Shown here: positions 19,855 to 32,185 of the stretch, piece after piece
Position numbering within the stretch: position 1 is the first letter of the stretch
Layout of the letters: the number at the start of each line of letters is the position of its first letter
NCBI GenBank assembly: GCA_963702475.1
Contig: CAVPCT010000003.1
Location: 288,001-352,000 of the forward strand
From: an uncultured Thermoleophilia bacterium
GTDB lineage: Bacteria; Actinomycetota; Thermoleophilia; UBA2241
Direction: 5' to 3'
DNA length: 64,000 nt
Notes under the pieces: model-generated
What the model was told of the DNA's origin: nothing
What the model saw: only the letters and a program-made list of their open reading frames with translations
The model's database searches: none
Program-made: the position numbers and the translations under genes

Positions 19855-21195
19855 TCACACCATGCCGAAGCGCTCGGTGTGGATGCGGTCGTGCGGCACG
19901 CCGATGGCCGGCAGCGCCTTCTCCATGGCGTCCATCAGGGGGTTGGGGCCGCAGATGAAGTACTGGAATCGGGGGAGCAGCTTCTCGGGCAGGTGGCGGC
20001 GCAGGATCTCCTCATCCACGTAGCCGCACTCGCCGGTCCAGCCCTCGCCGGGTCGGGAGAGCACGCGGACCACGGTGAGGTTGTCCCAGCGTCGGTCGAG
20101 TTCGGTGAGCTCGTCGTCGAAGGTGAGGTCCTGCTCGTCCCGGGCGCCGTAGAAGAGCACGATGGGGCGCACGTCGCCGCGTTCCTCCATGGCGAGGACC
20201 ATGGAGCGGAGCGGCGTGATGCCGACGCCGCCGCCGATGAGGCCGTAGCCGGCGCCCTCCTCGCGGTCGATGGTGAACACGCCGTGCGGCCCATCGACCC
20301 AGGCCCGGGCGCCGGCCCGCACTGCCGGCACCACCTGTCCCGACCAGTCTCCGAGGTCCTTGATGGTGAACGACACCCAGCCCGCCGGCAGCCCGCCGCC
20401 TCCGGCGGAGGAGATCGAGATCGGGTGCTGCGACAGGGCGAAGGGGGTGCGCCCGAACCCTACCCAGCCGAACTGCCCGGGTTCGGGCGTGAAGCCGTCG
20501 TGCCCCACTGGGCGCAGCACGACGGTGCGCGCGTCGCCGCGCTCCACCCGGTTCTCCACGACCTCCCACGGACGGCGGCACAGGCGTACCGGGCGCGCGA
20601 GGCGATACTTGACGAAGAGCCCGATGAAGACCACGAGGTAGACGGCCCACAGCACGCGCATGGTGAGGATGTCGGAGAAGCGCCCGACAGCAAGGATGTG
20701 CGTCACCGCGGTGACGACGAGCACGATGGCGAGGACGGCGTGCGTCACCTGCCACACCTCGTACCGGGTCCTCATGCGCTTGCGCAGCACGGAGAGGCCC
20801 ACCACGAGGAGCACCGCGACGAAGGCCAGCAAGCCCAGCCACACAGGCCACGGCACGCCGCTCCACGGCCACAGGATGGTCGCGGGATACACCGCCGACA
20901 GCACGAGGATCACAGGGTGCGCCGCGACGAAGAGCAGCGCCACGATGCCGATCTGGCGGTGGAACTGCAGCAGGGCGTCCTCACCGAAGGCGGAGGACGG
21001 CCCCTCGGAGCGCGTGACCAGGGCCAGCTCGATGGCCATCAGCGCCAGGCCGATGTAGCCGAGGGCGTCGGCCAGGCCGACGAGGAAGCTGGGTGCCGCG
21101 GCGGGGTCGACGAAGACCGCCCCCACGCCCAAGGGGAGCACGATGAGAAAGGCATAGAGGCCGAACCAGAACGTGCCGCTGACCACGAGACGCAT
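19855..21195 (-). CDS. Ferric-reductase-like transmembrane domain plus FAD/NAD(P)-binding oxidoreductase
   Basis: TM His residues (FHRQIG, AAHP, VTHAV, VTHIL); QHPISISS, DGPHG, GGVGITP, ICGPNPLM, ERFG. Confidence 0.85.
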   Translation of the reverse strand: MRLVVSGTFWFGLYAFLIVLPLGVGAVFVDPAAAPSFLVGLADALGYIGLALMAIELALVTRSEGPSSAFGEDALLQFHRQIGIVALLFVAAHPVILVLSAVYPATILWPWSGVPWPVWLGLLAFVAVLLVVGLSVLRKRMRTRYEVWQVTHAVLAIVLVVTAVTHILAVGRFSDILTMRVLWAVYLVVFIGLFVKYRLARPVRLCRRPWEVVENRVERGDARTVVLRPVGHDGFTPEPGQFGWVGFGRTPFALSQHPISISSAGGGGLPAGWVSFTIKDLGDWSGQVVPAVRAGARAWVDGPHGVFTIDREEGAGYGLIGGGVGITPLRSMVLAMEERGDVRPIVLFYGARDEQDLTFDDELTELDRRWDNLTVVRVLSRPGEGWTGECGYVDEEILRRHLPEKLLPRFQYFICGPNPLMDAMEKALPAIGVPHDRIHTERFGMV

Positions 21196-21273
21196 CTGTA
21201 CCTCCGCCGGTGATCCGATCTAGCGAGACCGGACGGTATCATAAACGACGGCGACCCCGAGGAGGCGGACGAC

Positions 21274-21921
21274 GTGAGCGATCGGCAGGCAGCGGCCCAG
21301 CCCGAGGCCGGGAAGGTGCGGCGGCGCGGGCGGCCTCGTCTCGACGATGAGATGGTGCCGCGCATCCTCGACGCGGCCGAGCGGCTCTTCGCGGCGCGGC
21401 CGCGTCTGAACGTCAGCATTCGGGACATCGCCGCCGAGGCCGGCCTGCCGCACTCCGCGATCTACCGCTACTTCGAGAACAAGGAAGACGTGCTGCGGCA
21501 GGTGCTCATGCGCGGCAGGCAGCGGCAGCTCGAGCGAGACGCGGCGTCGCGCGAGGCAGGCCAGACACTGCACGGCGCGGTCGACTGGCTCATGACGGCC
21601 AACCGCGCCTACGCGCTGGCGATAGCGCGCGCCGCCCTGGAGGGCGAGACTCCGTCGTCGCTCGGCCTTGACCCTCAGGAGACGACGACTCGCGCTGCCG
21701 TGCGTCTCCTCGAAGACGCCGCGTATCCGTTCGTGCTGCGCACCGACCACGACCCGCTGCTGGTGGCCGCGGTGGTGACGGCGCTCAGCCTCGGGTGGGC
21801 CGTGGCGGAGGAGTGGATCGTGGAGGCGACGGGGCTCGAGGAGCGCGACCTGGCCGAGGTCCGTGAGCAGCTCGGCCAGGTCATGGGCAGCATCATGGCG
21901 CTCGCCGGCGGCAGACAGTGA
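21274..21921 (+). CDS. TetR-family regulator
   Basis: RILDAAERLF...SIRDIAAEAGLPHSAIYRYFENKE. Confidence 0.9.
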   Translation: MSDRQAAAQPEAGKVRRRGRPRLDDEMVPRILDAAERLFAARPRLNVSIRDIAAEAGLPHSAIYRYFENKEDVLRQVLMRGRQRQLERDAASREAGQTLHGAVDWLMTANRAYALAIARAALEGETPSSLGLDPQETTTRAAVRLLEDAAYPFVLRTDHDPLLVAAVVTALSLGWAVAEEWIVEATGLEERDLAEVREQLGQVMGSIMALAGGRQ

Positions 21922-21958
21922 CGGGCGAATGCCCATGCGGTGGCTGGGCGCGTGCGAC

Positions 21959-23155
21959 TCAGGGCGTGGCGGCCTGCGAGGCCTCCTGCCCATGCCCTTC
22001 CGGACCGTCGTCGCCTTGCTGGCGGGCAAGCGCCAGCCGGGCGCGGTGCACCGTGTGGTAGCGGTCGAACAGGACGGTGACCACGGTGAAGAGGAAGGTG
22101 AAGAAGAGCGCGTCCTGCCAGGTCGTGCCCAAACCCAGGTCGAGCAGTCGCAGCGCGGACGCCAGGACCAACGCGATCACAAGGTTCACCACGTACATGA
22201 CCGCGCCCTCGAGCAGTACCGAGTTCCACGACCGCCCGCGGCGCGCCATCACCTGGCTGACGAACGCGTTGACGGCGATGAACACCGCCACGTAGGCGAA
22301 CACCTGAAGGCTCTTGCCCGCCCTGTCCGGCAGCAGGTACTGCGCGAAGATCACGCTGATGAGGCCCGTGAGGACGATCTTCTCGAGCAGAGCCCTGTCG
22401 AAGAACTTCTCGGTGGCCGCCACGGTGCGGTAGAGCTCGCCACCGCGGCACTCGGGCGGCAGCGGATCGGCGGTCCAGCGCGGGCCGTGGTCGAACTTCG
22501 GCGCCTTGCGGGTGATGATCCAATAGACCAGGTAGCCGAGGGCGGCGCAGCCGACGATGATCGCCACCAGCACCCAGGGGCGGTTGGAGAGGGCCTCGCC
22601 CCAGCTGGCGTCCGCGCTCACCCCGAAGATCGTCTCCTTGATGAAGTCGGTCATGTCCAGCTGGGCGATGTGGATCCACCACTCCTGCGGCAGCTTGATG
22701 AAGATCCAGATGCCGGCCGCGGACAGGATCACCGTCCACTTGCCCATGCGCTTCCAGTCCCAGCCCAGGCGCACCGCCTCGACGAAGTCGTAGAAGTACT
22801 CGAACGTGTTCGGGAAGATGAAGAGGATGGCGCGCACCTGCGTGAGCTCGAAGGCGACGACTCCGACCAGCCGGTAGTAGTAGAGGAAGAAGCTCATCTT
22901 GAAGGCGTAGGCGTTGGTCCAGTTGCGCATCGTCGCCATGTAGATGATGGCCAGGTAGTAGATGTCGAGGGACTTGTCGTAGGACTGGTAGCCCTCGAGC
23001 GGGATGGCCGGGAACTGCTGGAAGATGCTCTGGTCGATCGAGTCCAGGATCATGCAGGCGATCGAGCCGATGAGGGGGAGCCTGGGGATCGAGAACGGCA
23101 GCACGATGCGTGCGCCGACCACGAGGACGACCACGATCCACTCTGTTGCTCCCAT
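21959..23155 (-). CDS. Conserved polytopic membrane protein of unknown function
   Basis: 398 aa; YQSYDKSLDIYY, IFPNTFEYF, IKLPQEWWIH; high GC3 codon usage. Confidence 0.7.
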   Translation of the reverse strand: MGATEWIVVVLVVGARIVLPFSIPRLPLIGSIACMILDSIDQSIFQQFPAIPLEGYQSYDKSLDIYYLAIIYMATMRNWTNAYAFKMSFFLYYYRLVGVVAFELTQVRAILFIFPNTFEYFYDFVEAVRLGWDWKRMGKWTVILSAAGIWIFIKLPQEWWIHIAQLDMTDFIKETIFGVSADASWGEALSNRPWVLVAIIVGCAALGYLVYWIITRKAPKFDHGPRWTADPLPPECRGGELYRTVAATEKFFDRALLEKIVLTGLISVIFAQYLLPDRAGKSLQVFAYVAVFIAVNAFVSQVMARRGRSWNSVLLEGAVMYVVNLVIALVLASALRLLDLGLGTTWQDALFFTFLFTVVTVLFDRYHTVHRARLALARQQGDDGPEGHGQEASQAATP

Positions 23156-23179
23156 CCCAGGCCTCCCCCTCGTCGTGCG

Positions 23180-23683
23180 TCAGTCGTCGTCGATCGTCCG
23201 CCCGATCTCCCTGCCGGCCGCCACGAGGTCTTCCGGGTGCAGCCAGCGGTCGACCAGGGCGATGCCGTCGTTGCCGCGGATGGCGTTGCGCAACGGGATC
23301 GCCCAGCGGTGCTCGAGGAGCACGATGGCGGCGGCCATGCCGTCCGGGATGGCGTCGGCGAGGCACCAGGCGTCACTCTCGCTGAAGACCGAGCCGTCTT
23401 CCACCATGGCTTCGGCGCCCATCGCAGCGCCCACTGCGGCGCCCTCCTCACCGGCCGCGCCGAGGCCGAGCAGCGCGCCGGCCAGGGCGCCCAGCTCGGC
23501 GACCTCCTCGAGGTCCGCGATCTCGAGCTTCTCAACGGTGCCGTCGTCGAGCTTGCGCACGAAGAGCAGGTCGATGAGGCGTACGATGTCGGCCTCCTGC
23601 AGGCGCCGCAGCTCCTCGAGGGCGGCGCCCTTGAACTGGGCGTCCTCGCCGAAGCCGACGACCAGGATCTGTACCGGACCCAT
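23180..23683 (-). CDS. DUF6325/DUF1269-like protein
   Basis: MGPVQILVVGF...VRLIDLLFVRK...LLEHRWAIPLRNAI; AAGGA RBS. Confidence 0.75.
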   Translation of the reverse strand: MGPVQILVVGFGEDAQFKGAALEELRRLQEADIVRLIDLLFVRKLDDGTVEKLEIADLEEVAELGALAGALLGLGAAGEEGAAVGAAMGAEAMVEDGSVFSESDAWCLADAIPDGMAAAIVLLEHRWAIPLRNAIRGNDGIALVDRWLHPEDLVAAGREIGRTIDDD

Positions 23684-23724
23684 ATCCGTTCCTTTCAGTC
23701 TCTGTTCGCGGGGCAGGTCCGGCC

Positions 23725-24030
23725 TCAGCCGCCCGCCAGCACCTTGGCCTTGGCGGCGTCGAACTCCTGCTGATCGAGCACGCCGGAGTCGAGCAGGCCC
23801 TTGAGCTGCGTGAGCTGCTCCGTGATGCCGCCGCCGGCCGCCGGGGCCGCAGGGGCCGGCTCCGCGTACTGCTGCTGCGGCGCCTGCTGCGCCTGCTGCG
23901 CCTGCAGGTCGGCGATCTGCTGGTTCTGGTCCTCCTCCTGCTGCTGTGCCTGGCTGCGCTTCTTGCCCATGTGGTAGGCGGCGCCGCCGACTACGGCGGC
24001 CGCCATCAGGGGGCGTCTTCTCATCATCAT
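23725..24030 (-). CDS. SHOCT-domain small protein
   Basis: Gln/Pro/Ala linker then QLTQLKGLLDSGVLDQQEFDAAKAKVL. Confidence 0.85.
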   Translation of the reverse strand: MMMRRRPLMAAAVVGGAAYHMGKKRSQAQQQEEDQNQQIADLQAQQAQQAPQQQYAEPAPAAPAAGGGITEQLTQLKGLLDSGVLDQQEFDAAKAKVLAGG

Positions 24031-24127
24031 CGGGGGCCCTCCTTGTGGGGCGTGTCGCGGCCGCTGGCCGCATGTCCGTCAACGCTACTCCACCGGCCCT
24101 CGTTTGCGGAGCCGCGGGCCAGTGTTT

Positions 24128-24517
24128 TCATGCCGTCTCTCTGAACCCCGCGCCGGCGCGCATGATGGCCGGCAGCAGGTCGGTCGCGATGGCGCGCTTC
24201 AGCACGACGGCGTCCGCGCCGGCCACGAGCGCCGCCTGTCTCACGGTGTCCTCGTCGTGCACGCTGAGGGCGACGACCTTGAGCTCCGGGCAGCGCTCGC
24301 GCAGGGCCCGGAGCCAGCCCAGGCCGCTGTCGCGGGCCAGTGAGAGATCGACGACGGCCACATCCGGGTCCAGGCGCACGGCGCCCTCGAGCAGCGAGGC
24401 CTCGTCGGCGACCATGACCACGGTCCCGAAGGCCGTCTCGAGGAGTCCGCGCACCCCCTCGCTGAGGCCGTGGTGGCGGTCGGCCAGCAGTACGCAACTC
24501 AGCGACCTCTCCGGCAT
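24128..24517 (-). CDS. Stand-alone response regulator receiver domain
   Basis: VLLADRH, PDVAVVDL, VALSVHD, GADAVVLK; no output domain. Confidence 0.8.
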   Translation of the reverse strand: MPERSLSCVLLADRHHGLSEGVRGLLETAFGTVVMVADEASLLEGAVRLDPDVAVVDLSLARDSGLGWLRALRERCPELKVVALSVHDEDTVRQAALVAGADAVVLKRAIATDLLPAIMRAGAGFRETA

Positions 24518-24583
24518 GCCGTCCACGTCTCCTTCCACGCCTCGGTCCCCGGCGGGTCGCACGACGCACCGGGAGTGGACCCG

Positions 24584-24652
24584 ACACTAGACGCGACCGG
24601 CTCACTTGTGACCTCGGGAATGTACGGGGCCGAGGGCTCGGGGAACTACGAG
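24584..24652 (-). promoter_or_regulatory. Regulon promoter P1 (receiver/SHOCT/DUF6325 operon)
   Basis: Boxes at 24637-24652 and 24613-24628; GTCACA, 17 bp, TAGTGT. Confidence 0.75.
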
Positions 24653-24745
24653 TGGTCGGGGGTCGAGGCAGGCGACCGGCGAAGGTCCGGGGGGTGCGAA
24701 CGCCGCCGGGCTGCCTCCTCAGGGCTCTTGGTGTAGCTTGGGTGG

Positions 24746-26743
24746 GTGACCACTACGGACGGGACAGACGCGTCGTCGGAGCCTCTCTCGGACCTTCTCG
24801 AGTTCGAGAAGCTCTTCTGCGACGTCTCCACGCAGTTCATCAACCTCGCACCCGGCGAGCTCGACCGTGAGATCGAGGACGTTCAGCGCCGGATCTGCGA
24901 GATCCTCGGCCTCGACGTCTCGGTCCTGTGGGAGTCGGTTGCCGACGACGACTCCGACCTCACGCTGACCCACGTCTACAGCGCCGAACAAGGTCAGGCG
25001 CGACTCATGCTGGGCACGAGAGCGACGGAGTACTACCCCTGGTTCCATGAGCAGATGATGGCCGGCCGCACCGTGGTCGTCTCCACGCTCGACGACCTGC
25101 CCGAGGAGGCCAGCGTCGACCGCCTGAACGGGAGCCTTCTCGGTCTGCGCTCGAACCTGACCGTGCCGCTCGCCGTGGGCGGTCAGCCGCCTATCGGAGC
25201 GCTCGCCTTCAACACCACCAAGGCCGAGCGCGTCTGGCCCCGCGCCCTGGTCACGCGACTCGAGCTGATCGGTCAGGTCTTCGCCGGCGCGCTCGCGCGA
25301 CGGCGCGCCGACGAGGCGTTGCGTGAGAGTCAGGACCGCCTGGCCGTGGCGCTCGACTCGGCCGAGGCGGGGCCGTGGAGCCTGGACTACGGGACGCGGA
25401 TCTTCTGGCTCTCCTCGCAGGCCCGTACGATCTTCGGCTTTGCTGCCGACGAGGTCGTCTCTCTGGACAGGTTGCGCGAGCGGGTGCACGCGGACGATTG
25501 GCGTCTCATCGAGGAGGCGATAGGCGACGCTGCGAGGAGCGGCGAGCTGACCACCGTGGAGTACCGCATCGTCACGCCCGACGGTGGAGTGCGGCACATC
25601 TCGACCCGCGGGAGATTCCACTTCTCCGCGTCGGGAGAGCCGGAGCGCCTCATGGGTGTCACGATCGACGCCACCGAGCGCAGAAATGCGCAGGAGGCCC
25701 TGCTTGCCAGCGAAACGCGTCTGGAGGCAGCGGTCGAACTCGCCGGACTCGCGTTCTACGAGGTGCGTTTTGACGAGGGCACAACATATGTGGACGACCG
25801 CTTCAGGGAGCTCACCGGCCTGCCGCCCGAGCGCGAGCAGGGTCTCGGCGCGCTGGAGTACTGGATCGAGCAGCTCCACCCGGAGGACCGCGAGAGAGTG
25901 CTGGATCAGCGCAGGCTGCTGCACGACGGGAATCTGGAGACGCTGTTCGTCGAGTACCGCTTCCTCGACCCCGTCCGCGGCGAACGATGGTTCCAGCACA
26001 TCGGGCGGATCGCGAGGCGCGATGCGGCCGGCTACGCTGTGCGAGCGTACGGCGTCCTGCGTGACGTCACGGCGCGGCTGCGCGCCGAGAGCGAGATGCA
26101 GGAGCTCAGCCGGCGCCTGCTCACGGCGCAGGAGCAGGAGCGGGCGGTGCTCGCCCGCGAGCTGCACGACGACGTGAGCCAGCGGCTCGCGGTGCTGGCA
26201 ATCGACGTCGGCCGCGCGGAACTCGACGCCTCGGAGGGGCCGCAGGCCGAGGCCATGCAGGGCGTGCGCGAGGGCCTGATGCGCCTGAGCGAGGACGTGC
26301 ACACCATGGCGTACCAGTTGCACCCCTCGATCCTCGAGGAGCTCGGCCTGGCCGAGGCGCTGCGCGCCGAGTGCGAGCGCCGGCACCGCCGGGGCGACCT
26401 GGACGTGGCGGTCGACGTGAAGGCGTTGCCGCCCGGCATACCCGACCACGCGGCGCTCTGCCTGTTCCGCGTCGCCCAGGAGGCGCTCACGAACGTTGCG
26501 CATCACGCCGGCGCGACGGCGGCGAGTGTCTCCCTGCGGGAGGCGGACGGCGGTCTCCTGCTCGCCGTGTCAGATGACGGCCGCGGGTTCGAGGTCGGGG
26601 ACCCAGGCAAGAAGGGACGCCTCGGGCTGGCGAGCATGCGCGAGCGTGTCCTGCTCGTGAACGGCACCCTGGACATCGACAGCGGCCCCGGGCGCGGCAC
26701 GACTGTCTTGGCCTGGGTCCCGCTGGAGAGGGAGGACGCGTGA
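24746..26743 (+). CDS. Cytoplasmic sensor histidine kinase (GAF-PAS-PAS-HisKA_3-HATPase)
   Basis: ERAVLARELHDDVSQ H-box, QEALTNVAHHA, DDGRGF, GLASMRER; two PAS/PAC repeats; no TM helix. Confidence 0.9.
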   Translation: MTTTDGTDASSEPLSDLLEFEKLFCDVSTQFINLAPGELDREIEDVQRRICEILGLDVSVLWESVADDDSDLTLTHVYSAEQGQARLMLGTRATEYYPWFHEQMMAGRTVVVSTLDDLPEEASVDRLNGSLLGLRSNLTVPLAVGGQPPIGALAFNTTKAERVWPRALVTRLELIGQVFAGALARRRADEALRESQDRLAVALDSAEAGPWSLDYGTRIFWLSSQARTIFGFAADEVVSLDRLRERVHADDWRLIEEAIGDAARSGELTTVEYRIVTPDGGVRHISTRGRFHFSASGEPERLMGVTIDATERRNAQEALLASETRLEAAVELAGLAFYEVRFDEGTTYVDDRFRELTGLPPEREQGLGALEYWIEQLHPEDRERVLDQRRLLHDGNLETLFVEYRFLDPVRGERWFQHIGRIARRDAAGYAVRAYGVLRDVTARLRAESEMQELSRRLLTAQEQERAVLARELHDDVSQRLAVLAIDVGRAELDASEGPQAEAMQGVREGLMRLSEDVHTMAYQLHPSILEELGLAEALRAECERRHRRGDLDVAVDVKALPPGIPDHAALCLFRVAQEALTNVAHHAGATAASVSLREADGGLLLAVSDDGRGFEVGDPGKKGRLGLASMRERVLLVNGTLDIDSGPGRGTTVLAWVPLEREDA

Positions 26744-27390
26744 ACCTGCCCCGACGCCCTCGCGTGCTGCTCGCCGACGATCACCTGCTGGTCGCAGAGG
26801 CGCTGAAGAGTCTGCTCAGCGAGGAGTTCGACCTCGTCGGGGTCGTGGAGGACGGCCGCCAGCTGCTCGAGGCGGCGGCCACGCTGCGACCCGACGTCAT
26901 CGTGGCCGACATCACCATGCCGCAGCTCAACGGCATCGACGCGCTGGTGCGGCTGCGGGAGCTGGGTGACCACGTCCCGATGGTGTTTCTCACCATGCAC
27001 CGGGACGTGACGTTCGCGCGGCGCGCGCTCGAAGCGGGCGCGTCGGGCTTCGTCCTCAAGCACTCGGCCTCGACGGAGCTGATCACCGCCATCCACGCCG
27101 CGCTGGACGGCAAGACCTACTTGACGCCGCAGCTCGCCGGTGAGGTCCTGGATGCCATGAGACAGGGGCCGGACCTGACCGCGGACCCGGTCGCGGCGCT
27201 GACGCCGCGCCAGCGGGAGGTGCTTCAGCTGCTCGCCGAGGGGCGCTCGGCCAAGGAGATCGCCACGGCGCTCGGCATCTCGGCGCGGACGGTGGAGTTC
27301 CACAAGTACCAGATGATGGAGACGCTGGACCTGCACACCAACGCCGATCTCGTCCACTTCGCCATCAAGAACGGGATCGTCGAGTTCTGA
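26740..27390 (+). CDS. NarL/FixJ-family DNA-binding response regulator
   Basis: LLADDH, ADITMP; LuxR HTH LTPRQREVLQLLAEGRSAKEIA...TVEFHK. Confidence 0.95.
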   Translation: MNLPRRPRVLLADDHLLVAEALKSLLSEEFDLVGVVEDGRQLLEAAATLRPDVIVADITMPQLNGIDALVRLRELGDHVPMVFLTMHRDVTFARRALEAGASGFVLKHSASTELITAIHAALDGKTYLTPQLAGEVLDAMRQGPDLTADPVAALTPRQREVLQLLAEGRSAKEIATALGISARTVEFHKYQMMETLDLHTNADLVHFAIKNGIVEF

Positions 27391-27432
27391 CGCGCCGGCC
27401 CGGTCCCCGGGCCGGCGCGTCAGAACGTCTGC

Positions 27433-30186
<2,754 letters not shown>

Positions 30187-30196
30187 CTCTCTCCTC

Positions 30197-31171
30197 TCAG
30201 GCCTTGGACTTCGCTTTGCGCTTGTGCTCCCTGCGCTCTTCCTCCTCGAAGGGATCGGCAGCGGCGCCCTCGGGGGCCTGCCGCTCGAGCTCGAGCTTCG
30301 TCTCCTCGAGCTCCTTGCGCACTTCGGGAGTCACGGTCGGGAACCGCGGATCGATCTTGATGAGCGTGTCGGCGATGACGGCCGCGGCGGCGAGGCGGGC
30401 GAACCACTTGTGGTCGGCGGGGATCACATACCACGGAGCCCAGTCGGTGCTGGTCGCGGTGAGCATGTCCGAGAAGGCCTTCTGGTAGTCGTCCCAGTAC
30501 GTGCGCTCGTGCGCGTCGGCGGCCGAGAACTTCCAGTTGTGATCGGGCATGTCGATGCGCCTGAGGAAGCGGCTGCGCTGCTCCTCTTTGGAGAGGTTCA
30601 GCAGCAGTTTGACGACCTTGATGCCGTTGTCGGTCAGGTAGCGCTCCCAGTCGTTGATGTCGCGGTAGCGCCGCTTCCACACGTCGCGGCCACGCGCCTC
30701 CTTGGGCAGCTTCTGGTGCTGCAGGATCTCCTTGTGCACGCGCACCACGAGGACTTCCTCGTAGTAGGAGCGGTTGAAGATGGCGATCTGGCCGCGCTCG
30801 GGCAGGTTCTTGGCGAAGCGCCAGAGGTAGTCGTGGTTGAGTTCCTCAGACGACGGCACCTTGAACGAGTGCACCGCCACACCCTGGGGGTTCACGCCGC
30901 TCATGACGTGACGGATCGTCCCGTCCTTGCCGGCGGCGTCCAGCGCCTGCAGGACCACGAGGACGCCGTACGTGTCCTGTGCCGCCAGCCGCGCCTGGTA
31001 CTCGGCGAGGAGCTCCACGCCGTGCTGGAGGAGCTCCACACTGTCCTTCTTCTTGACGAAGTCGGCTTTGTAGCCGGGATCGAAGTCCTTCTCCAGCTTG
31101 ACCTTCGATCCGGGCTTCACGCGCAGGGGCTCGATGGCCTCGGCAATGCGCTTGACTCTCACATCCGCCAT
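30197..31171 (-). CDS. ppk2: Polyphosphate kinase 2 family (class III-like)
   Basis: QALDAAGKDGTI, FKVPS, FNRSYYE, WKFS, APWYVIPADHKW. Confidence 0.9.
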   Translation of the reverse strand: MADVRVKRIAEAIEPLRVKPGSKVKLEKDFDPGYKADFVKKKDSVELLQHGVELLAEYQARLAAQDTYGVLVVLQALDAAGKDGTIRHVMSGVNPQGVAVHSFKVPSSEELNHDYLWRFAKNLPERGQIAIFNRSYYEEVLVVRVHKEILQHQKLPKEARGRDVWKRRYRDINDWERYLTDNGIKVVKLLLNLSKEEQRSRFLRRIDMPDHNWKFSAADAHERTYWDDYQKAFSDMLTATSTDWAPWYVIPADHKWFARLAAAAVIADTLIKIDPRFPTVTPEVRKELEETKLELERQAPEGAAADPFEEEERREHKRKAKSKA

Positions 31172-31238
31172 GGTGGTCCTCCTTGTCCGGGGCAGTCCCC
31201 GACGCGTCGCGCCACGCGTGGGAGCGTGTTTCCGAACC

Positions 31239-31337
31239 AGCCTAGGAGCCCCATCGGCGGAAATGAACTGGGGATACTACGAGGCCCCTCGCCCCGTACT
31301 ATCCCGAGTTCCCCGCCTCGCGCCCGTGGCCTAGGCT
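31239..31337. promoter_or_regulatory. Back-to-back regulon promoters P2 (ppk2-ATPase, minus) and P3 (small membrane protein, plus)
   Basis: Boxes 31268-31283 and 31293-31308; each followed by a hexamer, 17 bp and TAGGCT (31239-31244 minus; 31332-31337 plus). Confidence 0.75.
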
Positions 31338-31407
31338 CTCCTCGGGCGGATCGATGGTCGGAGTCCGTCCCGCCCGCTCACCTCCGGCCGTTCTGTGGGA
31401 GGCATCA

Positions 31408-31593
31408 ATGAGTCTTTGGTACTGGATGATGTGGATGTTCTGGGTCTTTCTCGCCATCGTGTGCGCCATGTGGTGCGGCGCGATCGCGGACTCCAAGGGC
31501 TACAGCCGCATCCTGTTCACGATCCTCGGCTTCTTCTTCATCATCTTCACGCTCATCGTGGTCTTCATCCTGCCGACCAGACGGACGGCCTGA
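31408..31593 (+). CDS. Small membrane protein (61 aa)
   Basis: GGAGG RBS; MSLWYWMMWMFWVFLAIVCAMWCGAIADSKGYSRILFTILGFFFIIFTLIVVFILPTRRTA; two TM helices. Confidence 0.75.
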   Translation: MSLWYWMMWMFWVFLAIVCAMWCGAIADSKGYSRILFTILGFFFIIFTLIVVFILPTRRTA

Positions 31594-31620
31594 CGGCCTG
31601 ACCACGACAGGTGCCGGATG

Positions 31621-31657
31621 CGGCCGGGCGGAACCCAGGTGAGGTCCCGCCCGGCCG
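31621..31657 (+). terminator. Hairpin after the small membrane protein gene
   Basis: CGGCCGGGCGG...CCGCCCGGCCG. Confidence 0.5.
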
Positions 31658-31669
31658 ATCCCGTTCGTG

Positions 31670-31775
31670 GGCCTCGTAGTTTCCCCGGCCGCGGCCCCGT
31701 ACTATCCCGAGTTCCCGCGCCCTCCGGCCGCGCCTAGGCTTACCTTGAGGCGCCGGTCCCGAGGGCAAGCGGGCC
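31670..31775 (+). repeat. About 100-bp promoter/leader direct repeat, copy 1 (P4)
   Basis: GGCCTCGTAGTTTCCCC..CCGCG.CCCCGTACTATCCCGAGTTCCC...GCCTAGGCT.ACCTTGAGGC..CGGTCCCG; repeated at 32081-32185. Confidence 0.85.
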
Positions 31776-31855
31776 GTCTAGACGCGCCTCGAGGCGTCCA
31801 GCGACGTGCTCGCCCTCCGCTGGAGCAGTGACAACGGACGATACGGAGGTACGGC

Positions 31856-32023
31856 ATGCGTGTCCTCTTGGCAGCGCTGTTCATCGTTGGAGGGATCCTG
31901 CTCGCGCTCCTGATCGTGGGCGTGGTGTTCTCGAACCTCAGGTTCTTCCTCTGGCTCGCGATCATCGGGCTGGTGGTCTGGGGGATCTACATGCTCATCA
32001 CGCGCCCCTGGAGATACAGCTGA
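31856..32023 (+). CDS. Small membrane protein (55 aa, absent from the ORF track)
   Basis: GGAGGT RBS at 31845; MRVLLAALFIVGGILLALLIVGVVFSNLRFFLWLAIIGLVVWGIYMLITRPWRYS. Confidence 0.75.
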   Translation: MRVLLAALFIVGGILLALLIVGVVFSNLRFFLWLAIIGLVVWGIYMLITRPWRYS

Positions 32024-32080
32024 GCGCCCCCTGAGGCTCGAAGAGCACGCCCGGTCCGGCGACCAGGCGATGTGGCCACC

Positions 32081-32185
32081 GGCCTCGTAGTTTCCCCAGC
32101 CGCGACCCCGTACTATCCCGAGTTCCCCTGCCCCCGCGGTCGTGCCTAGGCTCACCTTGAGGCCGGTCCCGCGCCAAGCGGACCG
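32081..32185 (+). repeat. About 100-bp promoter/leader direct repeat, copy 2 (P5)
   Basis: Near-identical to 31670-31775; box 32107-32122, TAGGCT 32147-32152. Confidence 0.85.

Noticed and set aside
31239-32185. Repeats as a CRISPR array or integron attC sites
   Set aside because: Spacing is about 400 bp with RBS-bearing genes in between; no cas or integrase genes; no GTTRRRY cores; the geometry fits promoters.
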